Of a stretch of 64,000 nt of DNA, positions 9,807 to 18,944 are shown in pieces. Made by a program: the position numbers and the translations under genes. The notes beneath the pieces are model-generated. The model saw nothing but the letters and a program-made list of their open reading frames with translations, made no database searches and was not told the origin of the DNA. Position 1 is the stretch's first letter; each line of letters starts with the position of its first letter. This DNA comes from Thermodesulfobacteriota bacterium. GTDB taxonomy: Bacteria; Desulfobacterota; Desulfobacteria; Desulfobacterales; SURF-7. Location: positions 320,001 to 384,000 of the forward strand of contig JBMORA010000009.1 of assembly GCA_049320885.1 (NCBI GenBank). Direction: 5' to 3'.

Positions 9807-10076
9807 ATGAACATGGATCAACAAAAATTCATCAAACAGAGCATCGATTTCAATAAGAATGTTTTCAACAATCTGTTCAACGCCGCGGTGATGTTCCAGG
9901 ATCAGGCCGAAAGGGTGTCCCGGACATTTCTCGATCAGGTGACCTGGATTCCCGAAGAGGGAAAGAGCCTGGTCAACGAGTGGATCGAGGCGTATAAAAA
10001 GGAACGGGAAAATTATAAAACCAAAGCCGAGGCCGGATTTAAACAGATGGAAGCATTTTTCGGCGCGGCCAAATAG
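9807..10076 (+). CDS. Putative phasin-like granule protein, paralog 2
   Basis: Purine-rich RBS, start at 9807 or 9813. 'FNK..F.N..NA.VM.QDQ.E...WIPEEG'. Confidence 0.72.
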   Translation: MNMDQQKFIKQSIDFNKNVFNNLFNAAVMFQDQAERVSRTFLDQVTWIPEEGKSLVNEWIEAYKKERENYKTKAEAGFKQMEAFFGAAK

Positions 10077-10155
10077 GAATTCGCCGGATTGCGGCAGCCG
10101 CGATCAGCGACGCAGCCGGCGAGAAACGATTGACAAACAAGGAGGAGGTGAACAG

Positions 10156-10419
10156 ATGGATCCGAAACAGGTTTTCAAGCAAATGCTGGAATTCAACAAG
10201 ACTTCTTTTACCAATGCGTACAATGCCATGGTAATGGTGCAGGACCAGTCCGAGACCATGGCCGGTTCCATGATGAGCCAGGCGGCATGGCTGCCGGAGG
10301 AAGGCCGAAAGGCGGTTCAGGATTGGGTCAACGCCTGCAAAAAAGGTCGCGAGGAGTACAAGAAGCTGGTGGACAATGCATTTGAAAAAGTGGAAGCTTT
10401 TTTCAAGAATGCGGGCTGA
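10156..10419 (+). CDS. Putative phasin-like granule protein, paralog 3 (87 aa)
   Basis: RBS AAGGAGGAGG. 'FNKTSFTNAYNAMVMVQDQSE...WLPEEGRK'. Confidence 0.72.
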   Translation: MDPKQVFKQMLEFNKTSFTNAYNAMVMVQDQSETMAGSMMSQAAWLPEEGRKAVQDWVNACKKGREEYKKLVDNAFEKVEAFFKNAG

Positions 10420-10454
10420 CAGGACAAGGATCGACTGAATCCGGGGAGTGCCCA

Positions 10455-10997
10455 ATGAATAAACAGGTACTGGAGTTCTGGGGTAACGCGCTGATCCATA
10501 TGGCCAAAAGCCAGGAACAGCTGGAAGCCATGACGCGGTTGATGGACCAGGGGATGAAAACAGGTCTGGGCGGCATGGAGGCCTGGCCGGCTTTTTTCAC
10601 CGGTTTCTTCGGGCTGGGTTCCAAGGCCGAGGAAAAAAAGAACTCTCCGGCCGGAGAAGCCACCGCCAATCGGATTCCGGGCTGGGGTATCCCCATGGAG
10701 GATCTCCAGGCTTCGATCAACTGGTTCTGCGACCTCATGGGGTTCGTACCCAAGCAGGAGCATGTCCGGGTTTTACAGAAATACGAAGCGCTGAAACAAC
10801 GGTCGGCGGACCAGGAGGAAACCATCCGGCACCTGCGGTTGATGCAGCGCGAGGGGAATGCGGACCAAAGCACGTTGGTCAAGGATTTCCAGCGTATGAT
10901 CGCCGAACAGACCGAGCAGTTTCAGGAACTCATGAAAAACTCGGAGAAGTTTTTCCATTACGCCGCCTCCACATCCAAACCCCCGGACCGGGAATGA
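10455..10997 (+). CDS. Hypothetical protein in the PHA cluster with a C-terminal coiled coil
   Basis: RBS GGGGAG. Co-oriented with the phasin-like genes. Heptad-like C-terminal half. Confidence 0.6.
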   Translation: MNKQVLEFWGNALIHMAKSQEQLEAMTRLMDQGMKTGLGGMEAWPAFFTGFFGLGSKAEEKKNSPAGEATANRIPGWGIPMEDLQASINWFCDLMGFVPKQEHVRVLQKYEALKQRSADQEETIRHLRLMQREGNADQSTLVKDFQRMIAEQTEQFQELMKNSEKFFHYAASTSKPPDRE

Positions 10998-11137
10998 ATC
11001 CGGCGGGCCGTCGCGGTCCCGTAATGGACCCGTCGGAATCCGGAAGCCGTGCATCAGTCTGATTCGGTCATGATGGCGGCTTCCGATTCCGTGCGCATGA
11101 GGGACAGGCAGGAAGAGCCTGCTTGAACCGCGGCGGG

Positions 11138-11566
11138 CTATGGTTTGGATGGCCTGGGCGGACTGACCAGCGCCTCGCCGTCGAGTACAATGGTCCCATC
11201 CTGGTTGACACAGGTCGTCTGCAACCTGACCCGGCCTTTTTCCGGAAGTTTTTCCAAAACCGCCACCCGGGCGGTGATGGTGTCGCCCATGCGCACCGGC
11301 GCAAGAAAGCTGAGTGATTGTTTCATGTAAATCGTTCCCGGCCCTGGCAGCATGGTTCCGATGACGGTTGAAATCAACCCCCCCACCAGCATGCCATGGG
11401 CAATTCGGGTCTTGAAAAAGGTTTTACCGGCGTAGACCGCGTTCACATGGGCAGGGTTCAGATCACCGGTTATGCCCGCATAGAGATACACATCCGATTC
11501 CGAAATGGTCTTGCTGAATTCCCGGGTATCACCCACAGACAACTCCTCGTAGCTTTTTCCGATCAT
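11138..11566 (-). CDS. phaJ: MaoC-family (R)-specific enoyl-CoA hydratase
   Basis: Hydratase motif 'YAGITGDLNPAH', 'RIAHGML', 'LPGPGTIY'. RBS AAGGAGG. Confidence 0.85.
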   Translation of the reverse strand: MIGKSYEELSVGDTREFSKTISESDVYLYAGITGDLNPAHVNAVYAGKTFFKTRIAHGMLVGGLISTVIGTMLPGPGTIYMKQSLSFLAPVRMGDTITARVAVLEKLPEKGRVRLQTTCVNQDGTIVLDGEALVSPPRPSKP

Positions 11567-11678
11567 GGCGGCGCCTCCTTGTTTTTCCATGGTTTGACAG
11601 CGGATGTCTCCTCCTTACCGGTTACCGGGAAGATATGTCAATACGCAATCGGCAGCCAGCGGGGATTGCAGTTACCCA

Positions 11679-11707
11679 TTGACAGGTTTTTAAACCACCG
11701 ATATGTT
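11679..11707 (+). promoter_or_regulatory. Sigma70 promoter of the binding protein-kinase-receiver-DAC operon
   Basis: TTGACA, 17 nt, TATGTT. Confidence 0.55.
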
Positions 11708-11818
11708 GCGGAAAGGGGAGACTTCGGTCTTCTCCGTCCCATTCGGGTTCAACCGAAATCGTCAAACGGGATTACGGCCGCATGGCTGCCACCGGTCAAG
11801 AAGGAGTAGGAACAACCC

Positions 11819-13057
11819 TTGCGCTCGCCAATCCGACCCGTGAGGCATAGCCGCTTTCTGAGCGCGGCCGTTTTGGTTCTGTCGGCTCAGCTCCTTTGGT
11901 GCGCGGCCGCCTGTGAGCGGCCAGACGGCCGGGAAAGAGCTGCCGGGGCGGTCAACGGCGTCACGGATTCCGAGATCCTCATCGGTTCCTCCCTGGCCCT
12001 GGGCGGCCACGCCGGCTACCTGGGTACGCAGACACTCCACGGAGCCCTTGCATATATCAACTCCGTCAATGAATCCGGCGGCATTCACGGGCGGAAAATC
12101 CGGCTGATCGCCTATGACGATGCCTATGATCCAGGGAAGTGCGTGTATTACACCCAGAAATTGATCGTGGAGGACAAGGTTTTCGCCTTGTTCTGCTATG
12201 TGGGCACCCCCACAACAGTCAAAATCATCCCATTGGTTGCGGAGGCCCGGATTCCTCTGGTGGGCATGTTTACCGGCGCGAACGCCTTGCGTGAACCTTT
12301 TCATCGGTATATTATCAATGTGCGCGCTTCCTATTACCAGGAAACCGGGGCCGCGGTGGAATACATGGTGAAAAAACTCGGTATTCGGCGGGTGGCGGTT
12401 TTTTATCAATACGATGCCTATGGCTTCGATGGCCTCAAGGGAACCGAGCTGGCGCTTCAGCGATACGGCTTGGCTCCGGTGGCTACCGGAACCTATATCC
12501 GGGGGACGGTTAATGTGTCGGAAGGGCTGGATAAAATCATCCATTCGGCGGCGGAGGCCGTGGTTCTGATTGGAACGTACGACCCGTGCGCACGGGTCAT
12601 TATCCAGGCCCGGCAGCGGGGATATAGGCCTCTCTTTTACAACGTGTCTTTCGTGGGATCGGATGAATTGGCAAGAAAACTTGCCCCGGAAGATGATGGC
12701 ATCATCGTCACCCAGGTGGTGCCGCCGCCGGAACAGCCGGAAACCGGAGAAATGCTGTGGGGCGCGAAACAGTATACCCTGAATCTGAAACGGTATTTCC
12801 CGGAAGATGAGCCCAGTTTCGTGGGACTGGAAGGATATCTGAACGCCATGGTTTTGGCCGAAGGACTGAAACGGAGCGGAAGAAATCTTCAGCGCGAGGG
12901 TTTTATCGAATCCGTGGAATCCATCACCCGGTTCGACCTGGGAATCGACAATGATCTGAACTTCGGTCCGGCGGATCACCAGGGCCTGGATCGCGTCTAT
13001 TTCACCCGGCTGCGCAACGGGAAATTCCTGCTGATGGATAAGGCAGAAACGAATTGA
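11819..13057 (+). CDS. Periplasmic ligand-binding lipoprotein (LivJ-like), probably the sensor partner of the downstream kinase
   Basis: Lipobox-like 'AAAC', 'GGIHGRKIRLIAYDDAYDP', 'INVRASY'. No permease genes adjacent; stop overlaps the kinase start. Confidence 0.85.
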   Translation: MRSPIRPVRHSRFLSAAVLVLSAQLLWCAAACERPDGRERAAGAVNGVTDSEILIGSSLALGGHAGYLGTQTLHGALAYINSVNESGGIHGRKIRLIAYDDAYDPGKCVYYTQKLIVEDKVFALFCYVGTPTTVKIIPLVAEARIPLVGMFTGANALREPFHRYIINVRASYYQETGAAVEYMVKKLGIRRVAVFYQYDAYGFDGLKGTELALQRYGLAPVATGTYIRGTVNVSEGLDKIIHSAAEAVVLIGTYDPCARVIIQARQRGYRPLFYNVSFVGSDELARKLAPEDDGIIVTQVVPPPEQPETGEMLWGAKQYTLNLKRYFPEDEPSFVGLEGYLNAMVLAEGLKRSGRNLQREGFIESVESITRFDLGIDNDLNFGPADHQGLDRVYFTRLRNGKFLLMDKAETN

Positions 13058-14964
13058 CGACACCATCCGGTTTCCGACCCCCAATGGCCATGAATCTCGT
13101 CATCCGAAAAATCCGGGAAGCCAGCCTGAAAAACAAGATGTTTTTCTCTTCCCTCACGGTGATTCTGCTCCTCAGTTTTGTCATCGCCCTGTTCACCCGC
13201 TGGGTCCTGATTTCAAGCCTCACGGCGGAACTGGTAATGCGTGGCAGGGGAATCGCCGAAAGAGTGGCGGACAGCAGCCGGGGATATATTCTGACCGAGG
13301 ACATTCCGGAGCTTACCCATTTGATTTTTGACGCCCGGCTGGGGCTTCGGGAGTCTCTAGTCGCCTACATTTTCATTGTCGATGCCCGAAAAAAACTGAT
13401 GGCCCACACCTTCATGGAGGAGTTTCCTGCCGGTCTTCGGAACGCCAACGAGATTCCTCCCCGGGCCTCCTACAGCACCAAACTGGTGACCGTCGCGGGG
13501 ATTTCCGCCTATGACATCGCCATGCCCATCCGGGAAGGGATTTATGAGATCGGCAACGTCCATGTGGGGATCAAAAAGGAACACATCGACCGCCTGATCG
13601 GCAAACTGCGCACCACCTTCGTCGGTTTTCTCTCCTTCATCACCATCTTCTTTTTTGCCATCAGCCATATGCTTTCCCGCTATATCACCCGCCCGATTTC
13701 CCAGCTGACGGAGATTTCCAATGAAATCTGCCGCAGCCAGGCAATGGCGGGATTGGACCGGGACGGCTGCCCGTTGCCGGAACACTATTCCGGGGATGAG
13801 GTCATGCAGTTGGCCCATTCGTTCAACAATATGACCGCTCAGCTGTCCCGCAGTCAGAAGGAGCTGAAGGAGTCCGAGGGGAAATACCGCTCGCTGTTCA
13901 ACAGCGGTCCGATCCCGATTTTTGTTCTGGACCGGAAGACCTTGGAAATATTGGACGCCAATCCCAGCGCCGAGGAGACCTACGGATACCCGAAAGGAGA
14001 ATTGCTCGGTAAGTTCTTTACCGATTTCGGCCAATTCGAGTATGAGGAGAAGAACCTTAGAAAAACCGTGGAGAATGGGTGGCCGGATGGATACACCCTC
14101 ACCGAAAATGTGCGCTATTACCGCAAAGGGGACAGGCGGCCCCAATACATCCGCTTCAAGGCCTGTCCGGCGGAATATAAGGGGCGGGAGGCCCTGATAC
14201 TGGCGGCCACGGATATCACGGAAATGGTGGAAAAGGACGCACAGTTGATCCAGGCCAGTAAAATGAGCACCCTGGGGGAAATGTCCGCCGGTGTGGCCCA
14301 TGAACTGAACCAACCGCTGAATGCCATCAAGCTGGGCAACGAATACCTGAAAACCATGCTTCAGCAGAAACGGGCGATTCCGGAAGAAGACCTGCTGCAG
14401 GTGGCCACGGAGGTCAACAATCAGGTGATGCGCGCCTCGGAGATTATCAGCCGGCTGCGGGCCTTCGGCCGGAAAACCGATTTTGCCAAGGAGCGGGTGG
14501 ATATCAATGCGCCGGTTCAGGGTGTACTGAGAATGATCGGTCGGCAGCTGGAACTGGCAAACATCGCCGTGGAGATGGATCTGAACCGCGATCTGCCGGA
14601 AATCATGGCCCACAACAACCGTCTGGAACAAGTCCTCTTCAACCTGATCACCAATGCCATGGACGCCATCAACCGCGAAAAGGATGCGGCCGACACGAAG
14701 GATAAACGGATCATCCGTATCCGGACGTTCCGGAACGCCAACCGGGTGTCCCTCACGGTGGAGGACAGCGGCATCGGCATTCCCGAAAGCATCCGGGGAA
14801 AAATTTTCGAACCGTTCTTCACCACCAAGGAAGTCGGCAAGGGCATGGGACTCGGCCTCTCCATCATTTACGGCATCGTGAAAGACTACAACGGGGACAT
14901 CTCCGTGGAAAGCAGGGAAGGGTTTGGGACTGTTTTTAACCTGAGTTTTCCGGCCGCCCCTTAA
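13054..14964 (+). CDS. Membrane sensor histidine kinase (2 TM, HAMP, PAS, HisKA, HATPase)
   Basis: Two hydrophobic segments, HAMP 'ITRPISQL...[13 protein letters not shown]', H-box 'AHELNQPL', N-box 'NLITNA', '[15 protein letters not shown]'. True start may be ATG 13084 or 13090. Confidence 0.92.
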   Translation: MTTPSGFRPPMAMNLVIRKIREASLKNKMFFSSLTVILLLSFVIALFTRWVLISSLTAELVMRGRGIAERVADSSRGYILTEDIPELTHLIFDARLGLRESLVAYIFIVDARKKLMAHTFMEEFPAGLRNANEIPPRASYSTKLVTVAGISAYDIAMPIREGIYEIGNVHVGIKKEHIDRLIGKLRTTFVGFLSFITIFFFAISHMLSRYITRPISQLTEISNEICRSQAMAGLDRDGCPLPEHYSGDEVMQLAHSFNNMTAQLSRSQKELKESEGKYRSLFNSGPIPIFVLDRKTLEILDANPSAEETYGYPKGELLGKFFTDFGQFEYEEKNLRKTVENGWPDGYTLTENVRYYRKGDRRPQYIRFKACPAEYKGREALILAATDITEMVEKDAQLIQASKMSTLGEMSAGVAHELNQPLNAIKLGNEYLKTMLQQKRAIPEEDLLQVATEVNNQVMRASEIISRLRAFGRKTDFAKERVDINAPVQGVLRMIGRQLELANIAVEMDLNRDLPEIMAHNNRLEQVLFNLITNAMDAINREKDAADTKDKRIIRIRTFRNANRVSLTVEDSGIGIPESIRGKIFEPFFTTKEVGKGMGLGLSIIYGIVKDYNGDISVESREGFGTVFNLSFPAAP

Positions 14965-14981
14965 CCGAAGGAGTTCACAGA

Positions 14982-15353
14982 ATGGAAAGAATTTTGATTA
15001 TCGACGATGAAAAACCGACCCTCGCCATGTCGCGCCTGTTTTTGGGCGCGCTCGGGTATTCCGTGCTGACCGCCGAAAACGGCCCGGCGGGGCTTGAAAT
15101 ATTCGCGCGGGAACGCCCCCGCATCATCCTGACGGACATTAAAATGCCGGGGATGGATGGCTTCGCCGTGCTGAAAAAGATCAAGGAAACCGATCCGTCG
15201 GCCGAAGTCATTGTCATAACGGGACATGGCGACATGGATTTGGCCCGGAAAGCCCTTGATTTACAGGCCAGTGACTTCATTCACAAACCAATTGAAAAAG
15301 AAGCCCTTGAAACCGCCTTGAAAAAAGCCGAGGAACGGCTCCGCTCCGCCTGA
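14982..15353 (+). CDS. Single-domain response regulator receiver
   Basis: 'IIDDE', phospho-Asp 'LTDIKMP', 'ITGHG', 'HKP'. 123 aa, no output domain. Confidence 0.92.
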   Translation: MERILIIDDEKPTLAMSRLFLGALGYSVLTAENGPAGLEIFARERPRIILTDIKMPGMDGFAVLKKIKETDPSAEVIVITGHGDMDLARKALDLQASDFIHKPIEKEALETALKKAEERLRSA

Positions 15354-15414
15354 TCCGGACATTCGGTCCGCGGCGGGCGTTCCATCCCCGGCGGGAATGG
15401 TGTGACGAGACCTT

Positions 15415-16851
15415 ATGTCGGATCCGATTATTGGAAATATCAGCATTTATCATATCTCGGAAGGACTGCGGGAGGCCCTTTCCCATTTCTCCGGTCCGAG
15501 CCGGGTGGCGATCATCTATGCCGCCGAAGAGAACGATGCCGTGCGCATGTATGATCCCCAGGAGCTGCTGCGCGGTCATGAGCTGAAATTGAAGGAAATC
15601 TACCTGGAGTCGAATGCCTGGCGGGAAACGTCCACCCCGGTCCGTACCCTGGATCGTTTCCGGCAGCCCATCATCGAGACAGGGCTACCGCTGGCCGGGT
15701 TGATCTCCATGGGCGGTCGCTCGCACTCCATGTTTTATCAAATGTGGTTTACCGAACATCACCCGGAAATGTGCTCCACCGGGCCAACGGAGCGATGGCT
15801 GGTCAGGGCCGCCTGGTTGTTGTCCCAGGACATCGCCAGGGATAACGCGGATTACACCGGTGAATCCAGCTATGTCATCCGTGAGTATGCTCCCCATGCG
15901 GTGCGGGATTATCTGGTGAATGAACTGAATCGGCGGATCGGCATGGACATCCAGCTTCGCATCTATCCGATCCTGGATGCGGTGCTGGGAATATCCCGCA
16001 CCATGGAGGAAGGCCTGTGGCCCCGGGGCGAGCTGGTCGTTATGGAACCCCGCACGGTGAGTTTCCTGAAATTTCTGGCCCGCTTCCCGTCAACCGAGCA
16101 ACCCAAGCTGAAAAATTTCAAGCATGTGAGAAAATTGCTGCAAGCCGTGGAAAATTCGGACAGAAAACTGATCTCCGACGGCGACAGCATTGTTGGAATC
16201 AGCGGTAAGGAGTTGCCATCCGTGAGGCTGGTGGCGGATTTCAGGGGCGGGCACGGCTTCCTGAAACTCAACAACGATCCGATTTGCAGCTTTTCCGACG
16301 GGAATTTTCATTCTTTTACCCGCCGGGCCAAAATGGTGCAATTGGAGGAATTCCTACTGGAAGCCGATTTCGATCCGCCTTCCCTGGCCCATGATTTGTT
16401 TCAAATCATCGCCGATATCGTCCATCATGCGGAAGCCCAGAAGTTCGGTTGCACCCTGGTGATCGACATCAATCGGCAACCCATCGAAATCGCCGGTCAG
16501 CACCTGGAAGTCCCCCTGGATCTGCGCGATCCGGTGGTTTTTTCATTGACCACGTCGCTGGCCAAACTGGACGGCGCCCTGCATATCAGTTCCGATCTGA
16601 AACTTCATGGATTCGCCTGTATTCTGGACGGCCATGCCCTCAAGACCGAGGACCGCTCCCGGGGCGCCCGCTATAATTCGGCGCTGCGCTTCACCGCCGA
16701 GCACGACCATATCCTGGTGGTGGTGGTTTCCGCCGACCGTCCGGTTTCCGTGATTCAGGAAGGCCGGGAGTTCACCCTGATCAACGAATGGCGGGCAACC
16801 CCGGCGCGATTGACATCGCCGCCTCTGTTGGAGGAGTGGCTTCGCGGATAA
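15415..16851 (+). CDS. DisA_N/diadenylate-cyclase-domain protein with a large N-terminal sensor-like region
   Basis: C-terminal DAC fold motifs 'FGCTLVI', 'LAKLDGALHI', 'RGARYNSALRF', 'VVVVSAD..VSVI'. Confidence 0.8.
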   Translation: MSDPIIGNISIYHISEGLREALSHFSGPSRVAIIYAAEENDAVRMYDPQELLRGHELKLKEIYLESNAWRETSTPVRTLDRFRQPIIETGLPLAGLISMGGRSHSMFYQMWFTEHHPEMCSTGPTERWLVRAAWLLSQDIARDNADYTGESSYVIREYAPHAVRDYLVNELNRRIGMDIQLRIYPILDAVLGISRTMEEGLWPRGELVVMEPRTVSFLKFLARFPSTEQPKLKNFKHVRKLLQAVENSDRKLISDGDSIVGISGKELPSVRLVADFRGGHGFLKLNNDPICSFSDGNFHSFTRRAKMVQLEEFLLEADFDPPSLAHDLFQIIADIVHHAEAQKFGCTLVIDINRQPIEIAGQHLEVPLDLRDPVVFSLTTSLAKLDGALHISSDLKLHGFACILDGHALKTEDRSRGARYNSALRFTAEHDHILVVVVSADRPVSVIQEGREFTLINEWRATPARLTSPPLLEEWLRG

Positions 16852-16863
16852 AACCGAATACGA

Positions 16864-18915
16864 TCACTCCTTTTCTACCCGCGGGAACGAATAGCGGAAA
16901 GTACTGCCTTTTCCCTCTTCACTGCGCAGTTCGATATCACCGCCGTAGTCCCGGATGATTCCATAGATAATGGACAGTCCGAGTCCCATGCCGGCGCCGA
17001 CTTCCTTGGTGGTGAAAAACGGCTCAAAAACCTTGCCGTGGATCGGTTTCGGGATCCCGATGCCGGTGTCGCTGACGGATACCCCCACCCGGTCGTTTTG
17101 ACAGAAGGTGGCGATGGTGATGGTATGAACCGTCGGGGCCGGGTCGGTCTGTCTCTTTTTATTGATGGCGTCGCGGGCGTTGGTGATCAGGTTGAAGAGG
17201 ACCTGCTCCAGACGGTTGTGCTGGGCCAGAATCATCGGCGGGTTCTCCAGCAGATTCAGCACCACCCGGATACTTTCCAGCCGGAGCTGTTCGCCGATCA
17301 TTTTCAGCACGCCCCGGACCGGCTCGTTGATATCCACTTCCTGTTTGCTGTTATCGGTTTTCCGGCCGAAGGCCCGCAGCCGGTTGATGATGTCCGAGGC
17401 CCGTTCCACCTGTTCGTTCACCTCCGCCACGACATGATACAGATCCTGATCCGGAATGGGGATGTTGCGGGCGATCATGGTTTTCAGGAATTCGTTGCCC
17501 AGCTTGATGGCGTTCAGCGGTTGGTTCAGTTCATGGGCGATGCCGGCGGACATTTCCCCCAGGGTGCTCATTTTGCTGGCCTGGATCAACTGGGCGTCCT
17601 TTTCGATCACTTCCGTGATGTCCGTGCCGGCGAGAATGGTGGCTTCCCGCCCTTTGTAAATCGCGGGGCTAACCTTGATTTTGATATAGTGAAGGCGGTC
17701 CGTTTTCGGATCGTGGAGCCGCTGGATCACCATGCCGTTGGCGGGCCAGCCGTCCACATGGATCCGCGCCGGCCTGCGGTCGTCATATTCGAAGGTCCCG
17801 AAGTCGGTGAAAATCCTACCGATCAAATCCTTTTTTTCCTGGGCGAAGGTCTCGGCGGCGCAGGGGTTGGCGTCCAGGATTTCGAAACTGTGCTTATCCA
17901 GAACCACGATGGGATTGGGGCCGGCGTTGAACAGGGAGCGGTATTTTTCCTCGGATTCGAAAAGGGCCTTTTCCGCCAGCTTGCGGGTGGTGATATTCAG
18001 AAAAGCACCGATGACAAAATCGATCTTTCCGGTTTCATCGCAAATGATCTGGCCGCCTTCTTCTATCCAGAAAATTTCCCCGCTTTTGGAACGGATGCGG
18101 TATTCGCGGATGAAGGACTTGTCGGTTTTCAGGGCCTGAAGGAAGGTGTTTTTAACATATTCATGATCCTCGGGTACAACGATATCCATCCATTTTTTTT
18201 GACCGGACAGGAACTCTTCCTTGCCGTAGCCGGTGAGGGCCATGATTTTATCATCGATGAAATCGATATCGCCGTTGGCGTAGCCCTTGAAAACCACGTT
18301 GGGCAGGTTTTTGAGGAGCAGCCGGTGATTGCGTTCGCTCTCGGTGAGGGCTTTTTCGGAGCGTTTCTGTTCGGAAATATCGTTGGCGATGAGCAGGAAT
18401 CCGCTGATGGCGCCTTCCGCATCCCGCAGCGCATGGATGGACATGCGCACCGGGAAAACGCCGCCGTCCTTGCGTACGTGAGTCCATTCGCGCTGGTTGT
18501 CGTCGCCTTGGGCGGCATAGGCGAGCAATACGTCGATTCCGCCGATGGCGCGGCCGGATTGCCGGCTCAATTCCAGGCCGTGGTCGGCGAGCTCCTCCCG
18601 GGACAGAAACAGTTCCGGAGTTACCTTGCCGATAACGTCCCTGGCGCGGTATCCTAGAATATTTTCCGCGCCGGTGTTGAAAACGATGATGATTCCGCTT
18701 TTGTCGGCGGCGACGATGGATATTTGCGAGGCGGAGTCCAGTACGGCCTTGCGCATGGCGTTGGCCATCTGAAACCGGTGCAGGATTTTTTCGGTCTCCT
18801 CGAACTGTTTCACCACCAGGTCGGCGGTGATTTTTGCCGCCTGGCGCGCCACCCGGATTTCCGCTCGCAAGGCATGATTTTCCTCCAGAACGGCGCGAAT
18901 GTCTTCGTCCGTCAT
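16864..18915 (-). CDS. Cytoplasmic multi-PAS sensor histidine kinase (hydrogenase-associated)
   Basis: N-terminal coiled coil, three PAS/PAC units, H-box 'AHELNQPL', G-boxes, no TM segment. Alternative start at 18972. Confidence 0.92.
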   Translation of the reverse strand: MTDEDIRAVLEENHALRAEIRVARQAAKITADLVVKQFEETEKILHRFQMANAMRKAVLDSASQISIVAADKSGIIIVFNTGAENILGYRARDVIGKVTPELFLSREELADHGLELSRQSGRAIGGIDVLLAYAAQGDDNQREWTHVRKDGGVFPVRMSIHALRDAEGAISGFLLIANDISEQKRSEKALTESERNHRLLLKNLPNVVFKGYANGDIDFIDDKIMALTGYGKEEFLSGQKKWMDIVVPEDHEYVKNTFLQALKTDKSFIREYRIRSKSGEIFWIEEGGQIICDETGKIDFVIGAFLNITTRKLAEKALFESEEKYRSLFNAGPNPIVVLDKHSFEILDANPCAAETFAQEKKDLIGRIFTDFGTFEYDDRRPARIHVDGWPANGMVIQRLHDPKTDRLHYIKIKVSPAIYKGREATILAGTDITEVIEKDAQLIQASKMSTLGEMSAGIAHELNQPLNAIKLGNEFLKTMIARNIPIPDQDLYHVVAEVNEQVERASDIINRLRAFGRKTDNSKQEVDINEPVRGVLKMIGEQLRLESIRVVLNLLENPPMILAQHNRLEQVLFNLITNARDAINKKRQTDPAPTVHTITIATFCQNDRVGVSVSDTGIGIPKPIHGKVFEPFFTTKEVGAGMGLGLSIIYGIIRDYGGDIELRSEEGKGSTFRYSFPRVEKE

Positions 18916-18944
18916 GGGGGTTTCCCAGCGTCTTCGATGACGCG

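Noticed and set aside
11714..11818. Riboswitch in the leader of the binding-protein operon
   Set aside because: Only a short UUCG hairpin (GGAGAC-TTCG-GTCTTC) is evident. I cannot match a known aptamer; an Infernal/Rfam scan would be decisive.
4419..18657. Long opposite-strand ORFs (e.g. 4419-5810, 6268-7476, 11762-13084, 13357-14631, 17038-18657)
   Set aside because: These are shadow frames of well-supported genes in GC-rich DNA, with no motifs.
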